Virus record (IMG/VR): IMGVR_UViG_3300000439_000015
Span: 1-64,000 of that record
Source of the DNA: a virus
Taxonomy: Duplodnaviria; Caudoviricetes
Length of the DNA stretch: 64,000 bases
Reading direction: 5' to 3' (one strand)
Position numbers and translations under genes: made by a program. This document shows, piece after piece, positions 1 to 8,756 of the stretch (positions are counted from its first letter, which is position 1; each line of letters opens with the position of its first letter). Below the pieces are notes generated by a model. It was not told the DNA's origin. It made no database searches and saw nothing but the letters and a program-made list of their open reading frames with translations.

Positions 1-424
1 GGCTTGCCCACGCCAGTACGGAGCCGTGCTTGCCCGTGGGAATCATCCACGCCTTCATCTCACGATTCCATACGGCGTTCAAGTCACCCTTGGGATAGGT
101 GCTGTCTCCCCACGGGATGAACACCACGACCTTGCCCTGACGAACGTCCACGGCTTTGATGCCACGAACTGGATTGTTGGCTACGGGCTTGGTGATGGCA
201 TCGTAGTCAATGCCTGCGAACGAGAGTTGCCACTTGTACTTCTCCAGCATCTCGTAGGCTTCTAGGGCCGTCTCAGGTGTCCATGCTTCAGCAGGCAGTT
301 GCGCTAGGGCGTTGCCGAACTTGGTGTCTCCACCGTTGTAGCCAACACCGTCAGGACGTACCGCTCCATCATCTACTGAGGCAAGCGCACGGACTGCTTT
401 TACAAGGTTTTCATCAGTTGGCAT
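1..424 (-). CDS. N-terminus of probable SNF2/DEAD-like helicase (runs off window start)
   Basis: Manual translation from ATG at 424: MPTDENLVKAVRALASVDDGAVRPDGVGYNGGDTKFGNALA...MLEKYKWQLSFAGIDY, open to base 1; resembles the N-terminal domain of actinophage SNF2 helicases. Not in the ORF track because it is truncated. Confidence 0.6.
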   Translation of the reverse strand, partial: MPTDENLVKAVRALASVDDGAVRPDGVGYNGGDTKFGNALAQLPAEAWTPETALEAYEMLEKYKWQLSFAGIDYDAITKPVANNPVRGIKAVDVRQGKVVVFIPWGDSTYPKGDLNAVWNREMKAWMIPTGKHGSVLAWAS

Positions 425-433
425 AGACTTACT

Positions 434-462
434 ATCATACTACGGTTTAGTGGTGATAGCAA
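434..462 (-). promoter_or_regulatory. sigma70/SigA-type promoter for the helicase gene
   Basis: Minus strand TTGCTA-17 nt-TATGAT, 9 nt before the ATG at 424. Confidence 0.7.
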
Positions 463-488
463 GTACCAAACTAAGAAATCCCGTGTGC

Positions 489-755
489 TTACTTCGTGTC
501 TCGGTTGTGGTGCTTGTACAAGGCTTGGTCTGTGGTGCCAGCCCATTCAGCAATCTTGCGCCACGTCACGCCTGCGTCACGGAGACGGGTGACGGTCTGA
601 CGACGCTCCTTGCCCAACTCGATAACCTTCTTCTCGTGGTCACGCATCTGAGCGCAGATGTCCTTGATGTGCTGAAGAAGTGAGGCGACCTCAGGCGAGA
701 ACGATGCCTCAGCCTCTTTGCGCTCTGGTAGTGGGGTGGTGAAATCGTTAGGCAT
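489..755 (-). CDS. Small helix-turn-helix DNA-binding protein
   Basis: RRQTVTRLRDAGVTWRKIAEWAGTTDQALYKHH HTH pattern. Confidence 0.7.
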   Translation of the reverse strand: MPNDFTTPLPERKEAEASFSPEVASLLQHIKDICAQMRDHEKKVIELGKERRQTVTRLRDAGVTWRKIAEWAGTTDQALYKHHNRDTK

Positions 756-774
756 TCTGTTCTCCTTGTGGGAT

Positions 775-1932
775 TTAGTCTAGTGGGGTTTCCAAAGTTG
801 GGTGGTCTATCTGGGGTTTAGTGGAATCCCCAATGAACTCGTGTGAGTAGGACATCCGTCGGCTGGGTTGCCAGCCAGAGAAACGCTCTACTCGCTGGTT
901 TTCAGCAACGCTGTCTTTGCGCTTGACGTGGTTCTTGGAAGTCGGCTTCCAAAGCGCAGAACCGTCTCTGTATTGGCCTAGTCGGGGGTGTGTGGTCTTG
1001 GTGAAAAAACGTCGCTCCATCAACGTCTGATTCGCACCTTGCCAGTCACTAAATCTTACACCCACTCCTAAACCTTGAAAGTCTGGCTTGACAACGAGGC
1101 GATGGCCTCGGTATGCGTTTTTCACTGTTCCACTTGGAAAAGAGAGAACTGCGTAGAAAGCGGCTGGGATTCCACCAATGACGGCGACGTAGCACTCGGA
1201 CGAACCGTTGAGTGAGCCATTGAGGTAGTGGTGTTCCACGAAATACTGCCACATGGCTGCTTCGACTTCGTATACCTCTGCCACCAAAGGTTCTCGATGA
1301 AGGCACTCCTTGGGCTGAAGGCAGTACATCCCTGCGTCGGTGTCAATAATCCAATCGGGCTGTAGCCATTCCAGCACGTCACGATGGCAAGTGGCGATGA
1401 CGATGTTGTGTACGGCGTTTGTACGGACGTACTTTTGGAACGTGTTGCTGGCGGCCTTGGCGACGGTGCGGTCTACGACTGAGGTGAACTCGTCAATGAC
1501 GGCGTTGGCGGCAATCTGACGAGCCAAGTCCACTCGGAACTTTTCACCAGTACTCAGAACGTTGTACGGCTTCGTCCACGTCGGCACGGCGTTCAATCCG
1601 ACGGCGTACATCAACGCTGCGCCTTGCTCTGCGGTGGTGAAGTGTGAGATGACTGAGCGTGTGTTGTCCCACTGCGGCTGTGCCATTTCACCAAACTCAG
1701 TTAGCAGTAACGTCTTGCCACTGCCAGAAGCGCCCACGATTACGCCGATGTTCCAATCCTCACCTACGTTGGGCTTAGCCCACGGGTAGAACCTCGTGCT
1801 GGTTGGGTCGTACTCGAACTGCTCGCACGCCTCGGTGGTGATGGGGTCTGATTCCAAATCAGATGTCAGCGGTGTGTTGGACTTTCCCAACGGCAGCCAC
1901 TCATCCGTGGTGGTGAAAAGCATTTCGTTCAT
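775..1932 (-). CDS. ABC-type ATPase fused to GNAT acetyltransferase
   Basis: Walker A GASGSGKT, signature-like LSTGEKFR, Walker B AVIDEF; C-terminal HRLVVKPDFQGLGVG acetyl-CoA motif. Confidence 0.8.
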   Translation of the reverse strand: MNEMLFTTTDEWLPLGKSNTPLTSDLESDPITTEACEQFEYDPTSTRFYPWAKPNVGEDWNIGVIVGASGSGKTLLLTEFGEMAQPQWDNTRSVISHFTTAEQGAALMYAVGLNAVPTWTKPYNVLSTGEKFRVDLARQIAANAVIDEFTSVVDRTVAKAASNTFQKYVRTNAVHNIVIATCHRDVLEWLQPDWIIDTDAGMYCLQPKECLHREPLVAEVYEVEAAMWQYFVEHHYLNGSLNGSSECYVAVIGGIPAAFYAVLSFPSGTVKNAYRGHRLVVKPDFQGLGVGVRFSDWQGANQTLMERRFFTKTTHPRLGQYRDGSALWKPTSKNHVKRKDSVAENQRVERFSGWQPSRRMSYSHEFIGDSTKPQIDHPTLETPLD

Positions 1933-2024
1933 TGCCTCTCCCCCGTCGAGGGATGGCGTGACATGCTGGCAAGACGTTCTTCTTCGTCGAACTCTTCGCC
2001 GTCGTATTCCACCAGAGTGAGCAT
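1929..2024 (-). CDS. Small acidic hypothetical protein (31 aa)
   Basis: MLTLVEYDGEEFDEEERLASMSRHPSTGERQ; stop overlaps the ABC-GNAT start (ATGA); TAGACT -10 lies 7 nt upstream. Confidence 0.45.
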   Translation of the reverse strand: MLTLVEYDGEEFDEEERLASMSRHPSTGERQ

Positions 2025-2029
2025 AAACC

Positions 2030-2407
2030 CTAGTCTAGCGGTGCGGATACCTCGGTGACGGTCATTTCCAATGCGTCCTTGCCAAACAACGGGGCTAGGA
2101 AGGTTAGTTTCACCACAATCTTGGCGTTGTCGTCAATCAGTACGCCTGCATCAACCAGTCCGTCAACCGCCGCCTTCACCTGAGGGAAGCATGCGCCCAC
2201 GTCTTGGCGGTACTTGGCGTTGAGGACGTAGGGCTGGATGGTGATTTCCACCTGCTCCATGCTTGGCATCATCGCCTCTTTTGCGAGGTCGCAAAATGCT
2301 GCTCGCCACTCCTTGACAATCTTGGCTCGCACCATGTGGTGAACCGTGCGCTCTTTGTTGAGCGTGAAGTCGGGACGTTCCTCGTAGGTGAGGACGTAAG
2401 CGTTCAT
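2030..2407 (-). CDS. rusA: RusA-like Holliday junction resolvase
   Basis: Start reassigned to ATG 2407 (ATGA-type overlap with the upstream gene); motif QDVGACFPQVKAAVDGLVDAGVLIDDNAKIV. Confidence 0.7.
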   Translation of the reverse strand: MNAYVLTYEERPDFTLNKERTVHHMVRAKIVKEWRAAFCDLAKEAMMPSMEQVEITIQPYVLNAKYRQDVGACFPQVKAAVDGLVDAGVLIDDNAKIVVKLTFLAPLFGKDALEMTVTEVSAPLD

Positions 2408-2892
2408 AGTGAAATCACTACGACGGGTGGGCGTGCGTTTGTTGTGTGTGTGACTGCGGCGTTCACTGCTGTCTCCACTCGTTCCTTGCCCGTGAGTTCC
2501 TTGCTGCGTTCCAAAGCGTACAGTGCGGCGAGGGCGGCCTGAGCGCCAGCGCCCGTAGCCCCGTATGGCTCTCGTGATTTCACCACGGCAAAATCCGAGC
2601 CAATCTCGTAAATGGCGGTCTTGTTGGCGACAAGGACGGCCCAATCGTCTGCTGGAAACCCTGCGTCGTTCGCCCGTGCCATGAGGTAGTCACGGATTTT
2701 GTACGGGTCAGAAACGGCGCTCTTTCGGAGAATGTCCATAATCCGAAACGAACCCGATACTCCGACAAGACTGGATTCGGTAACCCAAACTTTTGGTTCT
2801 GCTGAAATAATGACCGTGGAATCGTCAAATGCGCCGCTGTCCCCAGCCATCCACACTTGCTTTTTGTCTTTCCACGCTGCCAAACAGGTCAC
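2404..2892 (-). CDS. HslV/proteasome-beta-like Ntn peptidase
   Basis: N-terminal Thr after Met (MTCLAA), MAGDS motif, LVGVSGS, and GATGAG near the C-terminus. Confidence 0.65.
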   Translation of the reverse strand: MTCLAAWKDKKQVWMAGDSGAFDDSTVIISAEPKVWVTESSLVGVSGSFRIMDILRKSAVSDPYKIRDYLMARANDAGFPADDWAVLVANKTAIYEIGSDFAVVKSREPYGATGAGAQAALAALYALERSKELTGKERVETAVNAAVTHTTNARPPVVVISL

Positions 2893-2914
2893 AAGACAAG
2901 GCTACTAGCGGATT

Positions 2915-3310
2915 TCACTGCCCCTGAGTTGGGTAATGAACCTCGCCCGTTTGTGCGTATTCCGTGCGCATCTGGTTGGTCATCGCCTTTGCTCGCACCA
3001 TCTGTGCCGCCGTCTCTGCACGCTGCTGATTCACCTTGACACGGGCATCAAGTTCGTCCGCTTTGCTGCCGCCGTTGGCCTTTTCCAAATCTCTGGCGGC
3101 GGTGAAGTGCTTGACGGCCTCTTCGTGAAGTTCCTTGGCTTGTTGCCAGCGTCCGTTATGAAAGCGGTACACGCCAGTACGCTCGGCCCTTTCACCTGCG
3201 TTGACGTGTTCGGCTACCCCCTTGGAGTATTGGTTGCCGTGGAAGATGTGACCGAGTAGGTCGCCCTTTGTGAGCGGATACAACAACCCGTCGGTGGTGA
3301 AATCAGTCAT
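2915..3310 (-). CDS. GNQ-tag family protein (orphan copy) with His/Ala helical payload
   Basis: MTDFTTDGLLYPLTKGDLLGHIFHGNQY leader matches the family at 55.5-63.7 kb. Confidence 0.75.
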   Translation of the reverse strand: MTDFTTDGLLYPLTKGDLLGHIFHGNQYSKGVAEHVNAGERAERTGVYRFHNGRWQQAKELHEEAVKHFTAARDLEKANGGSKADELDARVKVNQQRAETAAQMVRAKAMTNQMRTEYAQTGEVHYPTQGQ

Positions 3311-3319
3311 GCCACAAGG

Positions 3320-3511
3320 CTAACCGACGTTTTCTAGATGCCTCTTGACTTCCGTTTCGGCTTGTACTTTCTTGAAGAACCGTGGAAGGCTCCATCCGCA
3401 GTTGCACCACGCTTCGTACAGTGTGGTGTTCAGCATTGAAGAACGGTATTCCTCGACCTGAGCGTCGTGGTCTTTAGGCGCTTCTGGTGCGGCCTTCTTC
3501 TTGGCTGCCAC
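3320..3511 (-). CDS. Hypothetical protein with CxC motif
   Basis: GTG at 3511 overlaps the upstream TAG; MAAKKKAAPEAP...EAWCNCGWS. Confidence 0.55.
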   Translation of the reverse strand: MAAKKKAAPEAPKDHDAQVEEYRSSMLNTTLYEAWCNCGWSLPRFFKKVQAETEVKRHLENVG

Positions 3512-3930
3512 TAGATGCTTCGCTTGAACAGTGTCCAGCGACGTACTTGATTTCCGTTTGGACTGCGTTCCAAAATCCACTGGTCGTGGCACGAGCGGCT
3601 GTACTTGCCCTCGGATTTCACTGCGTAGTCCGTGCACTCCCAAATGGTTCCGACGGGGAAGGAATCAACGTCGGGTTTCTTGCAGTCGTGGGGCATGTAA
3701 ATCACCATGCCGTGCTTCTTGCCGTCGTCCGTTGGTTCGCCTTGGCTTTCCAGTTGGCGCTGTACGGCAGCAATCTGGCGAGGTGAAGGCTGACCTGCTT
3801 GGGTGAGTAGCGACTGGCGCACGGGGCCGTGCTTACTCCACTCAACCGTCCACGGCAGGTGCTTGTTCTTTTCGTTCCACGATTCGATGTGCTTCTGTCG
3901 CTCGGTAGGTGGAATAAGTGGCTCGGTCAT
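3511..3930 (-). CDS. Hypothetical protein
   Basis: 139 aa ORF with RBS-like GAAAGAG, packed between genes. Confidence 0.6.
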   Translation of the reverse strand: MTEPLIPPTERQKHIESWNEKNKHLPWTVEWSKHGPVRQSLLTQAGQPSPRQIAAVQRQLESQGEPTDDGKKHGMVIYMPHDCKKPDVDSFPVGTIWECTDYAVKSEGKYSRSCHDQWILERSPNGNQVRRWTLFKRSI

Positions 3931-3989
3931 GTGTCACTCTTTCGGTAATGCGCTTCGTTCGGTACCGATAGCGTAGCACGGTGTAGTGG

Positions 3990-4532
3990 CTAGGCAACGC
4001 CCATCAAGAGTTGCAAGTTGGTTGGTGAAACCATGTACACGTCGGGCACGTCGAAGTACACGCCAGCAAAACGCATGGCCTCGTGCGCAAGGGCGGAGCA
4101 AATCCACGTTCCTTCACGGCGACACTCCAAGAACCACTGTGGTGAAATGATGTCCACTCCAATGCAGATGTCGGACAACAGGCCGTACTTTTTTCCAATC
4201 TGCTTCTCGGCAAACCACGCCGCCTTCTCAGCGTCTCCACCAAGCGAGGTGATGTCGTACATCGAGATGAGTTCGGACGAGGCAGTGAGGCTGGCGAGGG
4301 TTGATTTCACCACACCCTTCATCGTTGCTTGCACAATCCACACGTCGTCGTAAGTTGCGCCTTCGGTCACGACGGTAAAGCAGTGGTTGTAGGTGCCGTC
4401 CTTCCAGCGCAACTTTTCACCGAAGCGGATGAGTGCACCCATCGTGCCGTCGGTCTTGGCAAAGCCAGTCATGCCTCGCTTGATTTCACCAGCAGGCAGG
4501 TTCGTGATGCAGGGGGCGGCGTTCTTTGACAT
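3990..4532 (-). CDS. Permuted papain-like (YaeF/YiiX, NlpC/P60-related) amidase
   Basis: YNHCFTVV His before the catalytic Cys in WICSALAHEAM; IGKKYGLL segment. Confidence 0.7.
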   Translation of the reverse strand: MSKNAAPCITNLPAGEIKRGMTGFAKTDGTMGALIRFGEKLRWKDGTYNHCFTVVTEGATYDDVWIVQATMKGVVKSTLASLTASSELISMYDITSLGGDAEKAAWFAEKQIGKKYGLLSDICIGVDIISPQWFLECRREGTWICSALAHEAMRFAGVYFDVPDVYMVSPTNLQLLMGVA

Positions 4533-4544
4533 GGCTCTAAAGTA

Positions 4545-5030
4545 CTACGCTTCCCACGAATGCTTGGTCAGTCCCAGTTCGTGCGCCTTCTTTGGGTTGT
4601 CCTCAATCCATGAGTTGTGGTGATTGCAGACGAGGATGATACCGCTCACGTCGAGCAGGTTCGCATCGCTCTGCCCTGACCGTGCTCGGCTGAGGATTTC
4701 GTGCCCATTTATTTCACCAAAGCACGGCGTGCCAATGATGTCCTTGACGGTGCATTTCCACGTCTCACGCTTGCCGAAGTGGGCGAGCATGGCTTCCTTG
4801 CGCTGAACGTTGACCGCTCGGCGCTTGTCGCTCATCGGCTTCAGGGACGAACGCTTCAGTGCGCTGGGCTTGCGCTCCAACGGCTTGCGAGCCAGTTGCT
4901 TCTGCTTCTTTTCACCATCACGGCACTCCTTGCAGCGAGGCAGGTACTTGCCGGAACCGTCTCGACGTGCGATGAACTCGTCCGTGGATTTCACCTCACG
5001 GCACGAGCCACACTTCTTGACTTCGCTCAC
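4545..5030 (-). CDS. Zn-finger / HNH-like endonuclease
   Basis: CGSC...CKEC N-terminal finger; GHEILSRARSG...LVCNHHNSWIEDNP. Confidence 0.65.
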   Translation of the reverse strand: MSEVKKCGSCREVKSTDEFIARRDGSGKYLPRCKECRDGEKKQKQLARKPLERKPSALKRSSLKPMSDKRRAVNVQRKEAMLAHFGKRETWKCTVKDIIGTPCFGEINGHEILSRARSGQSDANLLDVSGIILVCNHHNSWIEDNPKKAHELGLTKHSWEA

Positions 5031-5569
5031 TTTTTGACGGATACGAGCGTCTCGTTCACCACGCCAAACTGCGTATCCGTAACGGCAACGTCGCTGTCAA
5101 AGGCCGTCAACGAACCGCCGCCTGCGTAAACCGCAGTGCCGTCTGATGCCAACTGCTGAAGGTCGGCTGAGAGGGTCTTGATTTCGGCATTGACCTTGGG
5201 GCTAAGAGAGTTAGCAAATGTAGCGAGAACCAACGCATCGTTGTCAAGGTTGGTGAAATCCTGCGCCGTTGCGGTATTGGAACTCAACGAGCCAACAATG
5301 ACGTTGTAGTCGGCAAGCGAAGTGCCAAACACGGGATTGAATCCCTTGTGCCAACGCTTCCAGTTTTCAGCAACCACAACAACCTTGACGGTCTTGACTT
5401 TGTTCTTGACGTTCGTCTCGTGGACGGCGATTCCGGCGGTGGTGATAATCGCCACGACCACAACTGCCGTGATGACCCACTGCCACCAGAACAGGCTCTT
5501 GAAGAACTGCTTGATTGCGCCCGTGGTGTCGTCGGCTTGGAGCGTAACGGTGGGGGTCTGGTCAACCAT
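5027..5569 (-). CDS. Membrane-anchored hypothetical protein
   Basis: Single hydrophobic helix WWQWVITAVVVVAIITTAGIAV; start uncertain (5569 or 5581). Confidence 0.6.
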   Translation of the reverse strand: MVDQTPTVTLQADDTTGAIKQFFKSLFWWQWVITAVVVVAIITTAGIAVHETNVKNKVKTVKVVVVAENWKRWHKGFNPVFGTSLADYNVIVGSLSSNTATAQDFTNLDNDALVLATFANSLSPKVNAEIKTLSADLQQLASDGTAVYAGGGSLTAFDSDVAVTDTQFGVVNETLVSVKK

Positions 5570-6122
5570 CAATGTAATCACTTTCGTCTGGTGATGCGAG
5601 TGCTTGCGTCTCAGACTTTACCACGGTTAGTGACGGGACGCTAACTGTGCCTGCGCCCAGTTGAAAACCGACGCTGGTGATTGTCTCTTTGTCGTACTTG
5701 TCCTTCAGTTCGTTGTACGCCTTCAGGAAGTGCGAACGCTCCACGCCGATGGTGTCGCTAAAGCACAGCGACGAGAACCCAACGGATTTCACTGCCCCCT
5801 CGATGAGGGGATGCGACCAACGGTTTCCATTTCGGTAGAACTCACGCCCGTGTTGACCGAGGCCGTCGTTCACCTCACGCCATGCCTCGAATGCGGTGGG
5901 GGCGAGGCTGCCGCTGACCTCTGCGCACTTTCTGCGGATGCCAGCGATGGTTGGGAACTTTTCCTCGGTCAACGCCCAGTCTTGGGCCGCACGGATGGCG
6001 ATTCCACCATCAACGTCGGCTAGGAGCATGCTCCACATCTCGATGGTGCCGTCGTTGGCCTTCCATGCTGGAAAGGCGCAGGCGAGGACGTAGCAGACGG
6101 TGGCGGTTTCTTGCTGGTTCAT
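5562..6122 (-). CDS. Helicase loader/inhibitor (SPP1 G39P-like)
   Basis: MNQQETATVCYVLACAFP...MWSMLLADVD...FPTIAGIR, directly downstream of the initiator. Confidence 0.7.
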   Translation of the reverse strand: MNQQETATVCYVLACAFPAWKANDGTIEMWSMLLADVDGGIAIRAAQDWALTEEKFPTIAGIRRKCAEVSGSLAPTAFEAWREVNDGLGQHGREFYRNGNRWSHPLIEGAVKSVGFSSLCFSDTIGVERSHFLKAYNELKDKYDKETITSVGFQLGAGTVSVPSLTVVKSETQALASPDESDYIDG

Positions 6123-6982
6123 TACAGGTGCCTCTTCATGAAGTTTTCGATGGCGGTCAGGGCGTTCCCAGCCTTGTTGGGTGCTGGGGCAACAGTCTCG
6201 CTGATTCCAGCGCCCGTGTCAAGGAAATCTTGGTAGCGGAGAGACGAGCCGAAGAACGTTGCGCCGTGGAGTGTGTACATCTCTGGTTCACCACGACGAC
6301 TGGCGGCGTAGTTCTCGGTGGCCTGTATCAAGCGCACCACGGTTTCACCAGCACGGATGCGAGCAACGAAGTTTTCCTGTGCCTTGCCTTTGTTGATTTT
6401 GCGTGGGTAGAGCCGCCAGACTTCCTCGAACTCTGCCGAGTACGGCTTCTCCTTCTTTGCCCGTTCGGATTTCACTGGCTCCAAAATGTGTCCGTCGCCC
6501 GATTTTTCGGGTGACGCAAAAGAACTATCTTCAGTACTTACTTCATTCAGTACTTGCTTTGATTCAGTACTTACTAAGTGGGGCACTTCACCGTCAACGG
6601 TGGAACCGTGCACGGTTGAGCCGTTGACGGTAAACCCGTCCACGGTTTCATCAGGGATTATGAGGATTTCACTGCCTATAGCGACCTCGTGCACCACCCG
6701 TTCGACGTGCGAGAACTGGCCTTTTTCGTCGTTGATGCGCTGTCCGTTGTTGGTGATGTAACCGAGGGATTCCAACTCGCTGAGGATGGTGAGGACTTTC
6801 TCCTTTTTAGCCTTGGGCGATTCCTTCACGAGGTGGTTCACCATGATGACCCAGTTGTCGGGCTTCGAGATGAGGTAGGCCAGCATGCCCTTGGCTTCCC
6901 ACGAAAGCCGAGCGTCGTTGAGGGTGACGTTGGGCATGATGGTGAAAGACTGGCGAGTGACGGACGGACTGCGACGTATCAC
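6122..6982 (-). CDS. Phage replication initiator (HTH N-terminus, DnaB2-like C-terminus)
   Basis: Start reassigned to GTG 6982 behind AAGGAG; FTIMPNVTLNDARLSWEAKGMLAYLISKPDNW and FEEVWRLYPRK motifs. Confidence 0.8.
   Translation of the reverse strand: MIRRSPSVTRQSFTIMPNVTLNDARLSWEAKGMLAYLISKPDNWVIMVNHLVKESPKAKKEKVLTILSELESLGYITNNGQRINDEKGQFSHVERVVHEVAIGSEILIIPDETVDGFTVNGSTVHGSTVDGEVPHLVSTESKQVLNEVSTEDSSFASPEKSGDGHILEPVKSERAKKEKPYSAEFEEVWRLYPRKINKGKAQENFVARIRAGETVVRLIQATENYAASRRGEPEMYTLHGATFFGSSLRYQDFLDTGAGISETVAPAPNKAGNALTAIENFMKRHL
6530..6650. repeat. Iteron-like repeats inside the initiator gene (candidate origin)
   Basis: TTCAGTACTT at 6530, 6546, 6563; four 15-bp units with a CCGTnnACGGT core at 6591, 6606, 6621, 6636. 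Confidence 0.6.
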
Positions 6983-7135
6983 GGCGATACTCCTTTTGCT
7001 ACGGGGTGGTGATGATACACGACCAGTGTCCAGTGCTGGTGCACGGTTTAGGGAGAAACTGTATGCGTTTTTTGCCAGACCACAAGATGTGGTGGAATGC
7101 GGTTGCGGCCCCCTACATGTTGTGTTTGCCAAGCA

Positions 7136-7151
7136 TGTGAAGTTTGTCACA
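7136..7151. promoter_or_regulatory. Perfect CRP-consensus palindrome upstream of the initiator
   Basis: TGTGA-AGTTTG-TCACA. Confidence 0.35.
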
Positions 7152-7184
7152 AGTTGGTGAACCGCTGAGCGGCCCTAGAACGCC

Positions 7185-7226
7185 AAAATCCCCTGCACCC
7201 ATGTCATCCACGGGTGCAGGGGATTC
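7185..7226 (-). terminator. Intrinsic terminator after the Sak4-like gene
   Basis: 14-bp stem AATCCCCTGCACCC/GGGTGCAGGGGATT, T-tract on the minus strand. Confidence 0.8.
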
Positions 7227-7266
7227 AGATGGCACACAGGGGCGTTTAGACCCCTCTGGCGGTCAA

Positions 7267-8181
7267 CTACTCAGGAACTACGTCCTCGGTTGGCTCTTCC
7301 TCTTCGAGGGTTGAGCACGAGGCGACCAACTCTTGGGCTTCCGACAAGCGAGCCTGCGTCAGGCTGTTCACCTTGGGCAAGCCAGCCTCGCCCCACGCCT
7401 TGGCGAGCGAACGGCGCTGGGCTGGGGTCAGGGTGCGAATGCGTCCGTCGAGAACGTCACGCTCCGTGTCGGTGATGATGGGGTCACCCGACTTCAACCA
7501 AGTGTTGAAAATCTGAGCCGCTTCGGTTCCCTTGTTCGGGGCGAACACCTTGTCTGCGAGAGCCTCGCAACGTGTCTTGCCGATGATGGTGCGGTGGTCA
7601 GTGTCCATGTCCACAACGAGGGTGAACTCGTACTCGATGCCGTCACGCTGAATGGGAGCCATGCCGACCTTGCGTGGAGCGGTGCGACCATTGTCGCCCT
7701 TCTCCAAGGTGTACTCCGTCTTGGAGCGCATCGTGCTGATGATGTGACCGTTGAAGTTGAGCAACGTGTCAACCATGCGCTGCTGAATCGGCGTGCCGGT
7801 TTTCCATCCGGCAAATCCGTTGCCGCCAGCCTTCGAGCCAGCCAAGTCCACAATCTCCAACAGGCCACCTGCGCCGTTGTAGAAGTGGGTGAGGCTGTCA
7901 ATCACAACGACTGCGTAGCCTTCGCCCTCGGCAGCCTTCAGCACTTCGACCAAGCGGTCAGGGTGGTAGGGGGCGGACATTGACAACGTGTCGAAGTCGA
8001 ATCGGTCTGCGTACAACTTGGCGCTGTCACGCTCCGTATCAATCACGGCAATCTTCCCACCGGCGGCAAGTTCCGTCGCCCACGCAAGTGCGCTGAACGT
8101 CTTACCCGAACCCGATGGGCCTGTCACTGCAATGCGAGCCTTGGCCTCAGCCTTAGTCGCCTTTGTAAATAATGAACTCAC
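7267..8181 (-). CDS. AAA_24 / Sak4-like ATPase (recombination)
   Basis: KARIAVTGPSGSGKTFSAL, VIDTERDSA, VVIDSLTH, QRDGIEYEFTLV. Confidence 0.8.
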   Translation of the reverse strand: MSSLFTKATKAEAKARIAVTGPSGSGKTFSALAWATELAAGGKIAVIDTERDSAKLYADRFDFDTLSMSAPYHPDRLVEVLKAAEGEGYAVVVIDSLTHFYNGAGGLLEIVDLAGSKAGGNGFAGWKTGTPIQQRMVDTLLNFNGHIISTMRSKTEYTLEKGDNGRTAPRKVGMAPIQRDGIEYEFTLVVDMDTDHRTIIGKTRCEALADKVFAPNKGTEAAQIFNTWLKSGDPIITDTERDVLDGRIRTLTPAQRRSLAKAWGEAGLPKVNSLTQARLSEAQELVASCSTLEEEEPTEDVVPE

Positions 8182-8230
8182 TGGTTCACCTTTCTCTCTC
8201 TATTACTACACAACACAACACAAGGCCCCT

Positions 8231-8260
8231 ATCTTATACGACGGACTACACCCATGTCCA
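8231..8260 (-). promoter_or_regulatory. Leftward promoter for the Sak4 operon
   Basis: TGGACA ... TATAAGAT on the minus strand. Confidence 0.5.
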
Positions 8261-8295
8261 GTCATCACCACAAAAAAGTTTCTGAAGTTATTGAC

Positions 8296-8324
8296 TTGCG
8301 TTTGTCACTCCCATGCTGTACCAT
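8296..8324 (+). promoter_or_regulatory. TGTCAC-box promoter 1
   Basis: TTGCGT-17-TACCAT with TGTCACT ending 9 nt before the -10. Confidence 0.7.
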
Positions 8325-8366
8325 AGTTGAGTACCGATTTACCAACTGATTAGAAAGTGAGCAGAC

Positions 8367-8756
8367 ATGGCTGATACCCAGAGCCGTTACCAGTTCGGTG
8401 TACTCAACGCCTTCCGTGGCATTGGCACCCCCAGCATCTACGGCATCAACAACAACGGCATCATTACGGTTGAGGTTGAACTGAACGAGGCGAAGGCAAG
8501 CATCAATGGCTTCACCACGAAGGTGATGGCGAACGAAGCCATTGACCTCGCCCAGCGAGCCTGCGGTGCGTACTCGTTGGTTGACGAGGACAAGCAGTTC
8601 GACTTCGTGGTGACGTTCCTCTCGATGCTCGTCTCGAAGTCCTACGTCCTTCAGGACGAGCCTCAGGACGATGGTGCTGATGCCATCGCTGAGCAGAACT
8701 ACCTCGACGCTGACATCGAGGCGTGGCAGTTCGAGAAGGCAGGGGTGTCGCTCTAA
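8367..8756 (+). CDS. Hypothetical early protein (acidic C-terminus)
   Basis: 129 aa ORF with own promoter and RBS. Confidence 0.7.
   Translation: MADTQSRYQFGVLNAFRGIGTPSIYGINNNGIITVEVELNEAKASINGFTTKVMANEAIDLAQRACGAYSLVDEDKQFDFVVTFLSMLVSKSYVLQDEPQDDGADAIAEQNYLDADIEAWQFEKAGVSL

Noticed and set aside
6983-7150. N-terminal 56 codons of the initiator in the ORF track
   Set aside because: The RBS AAGGAG and a TATCAT -10 point to GTG 6982; the extension has no protein-like features.
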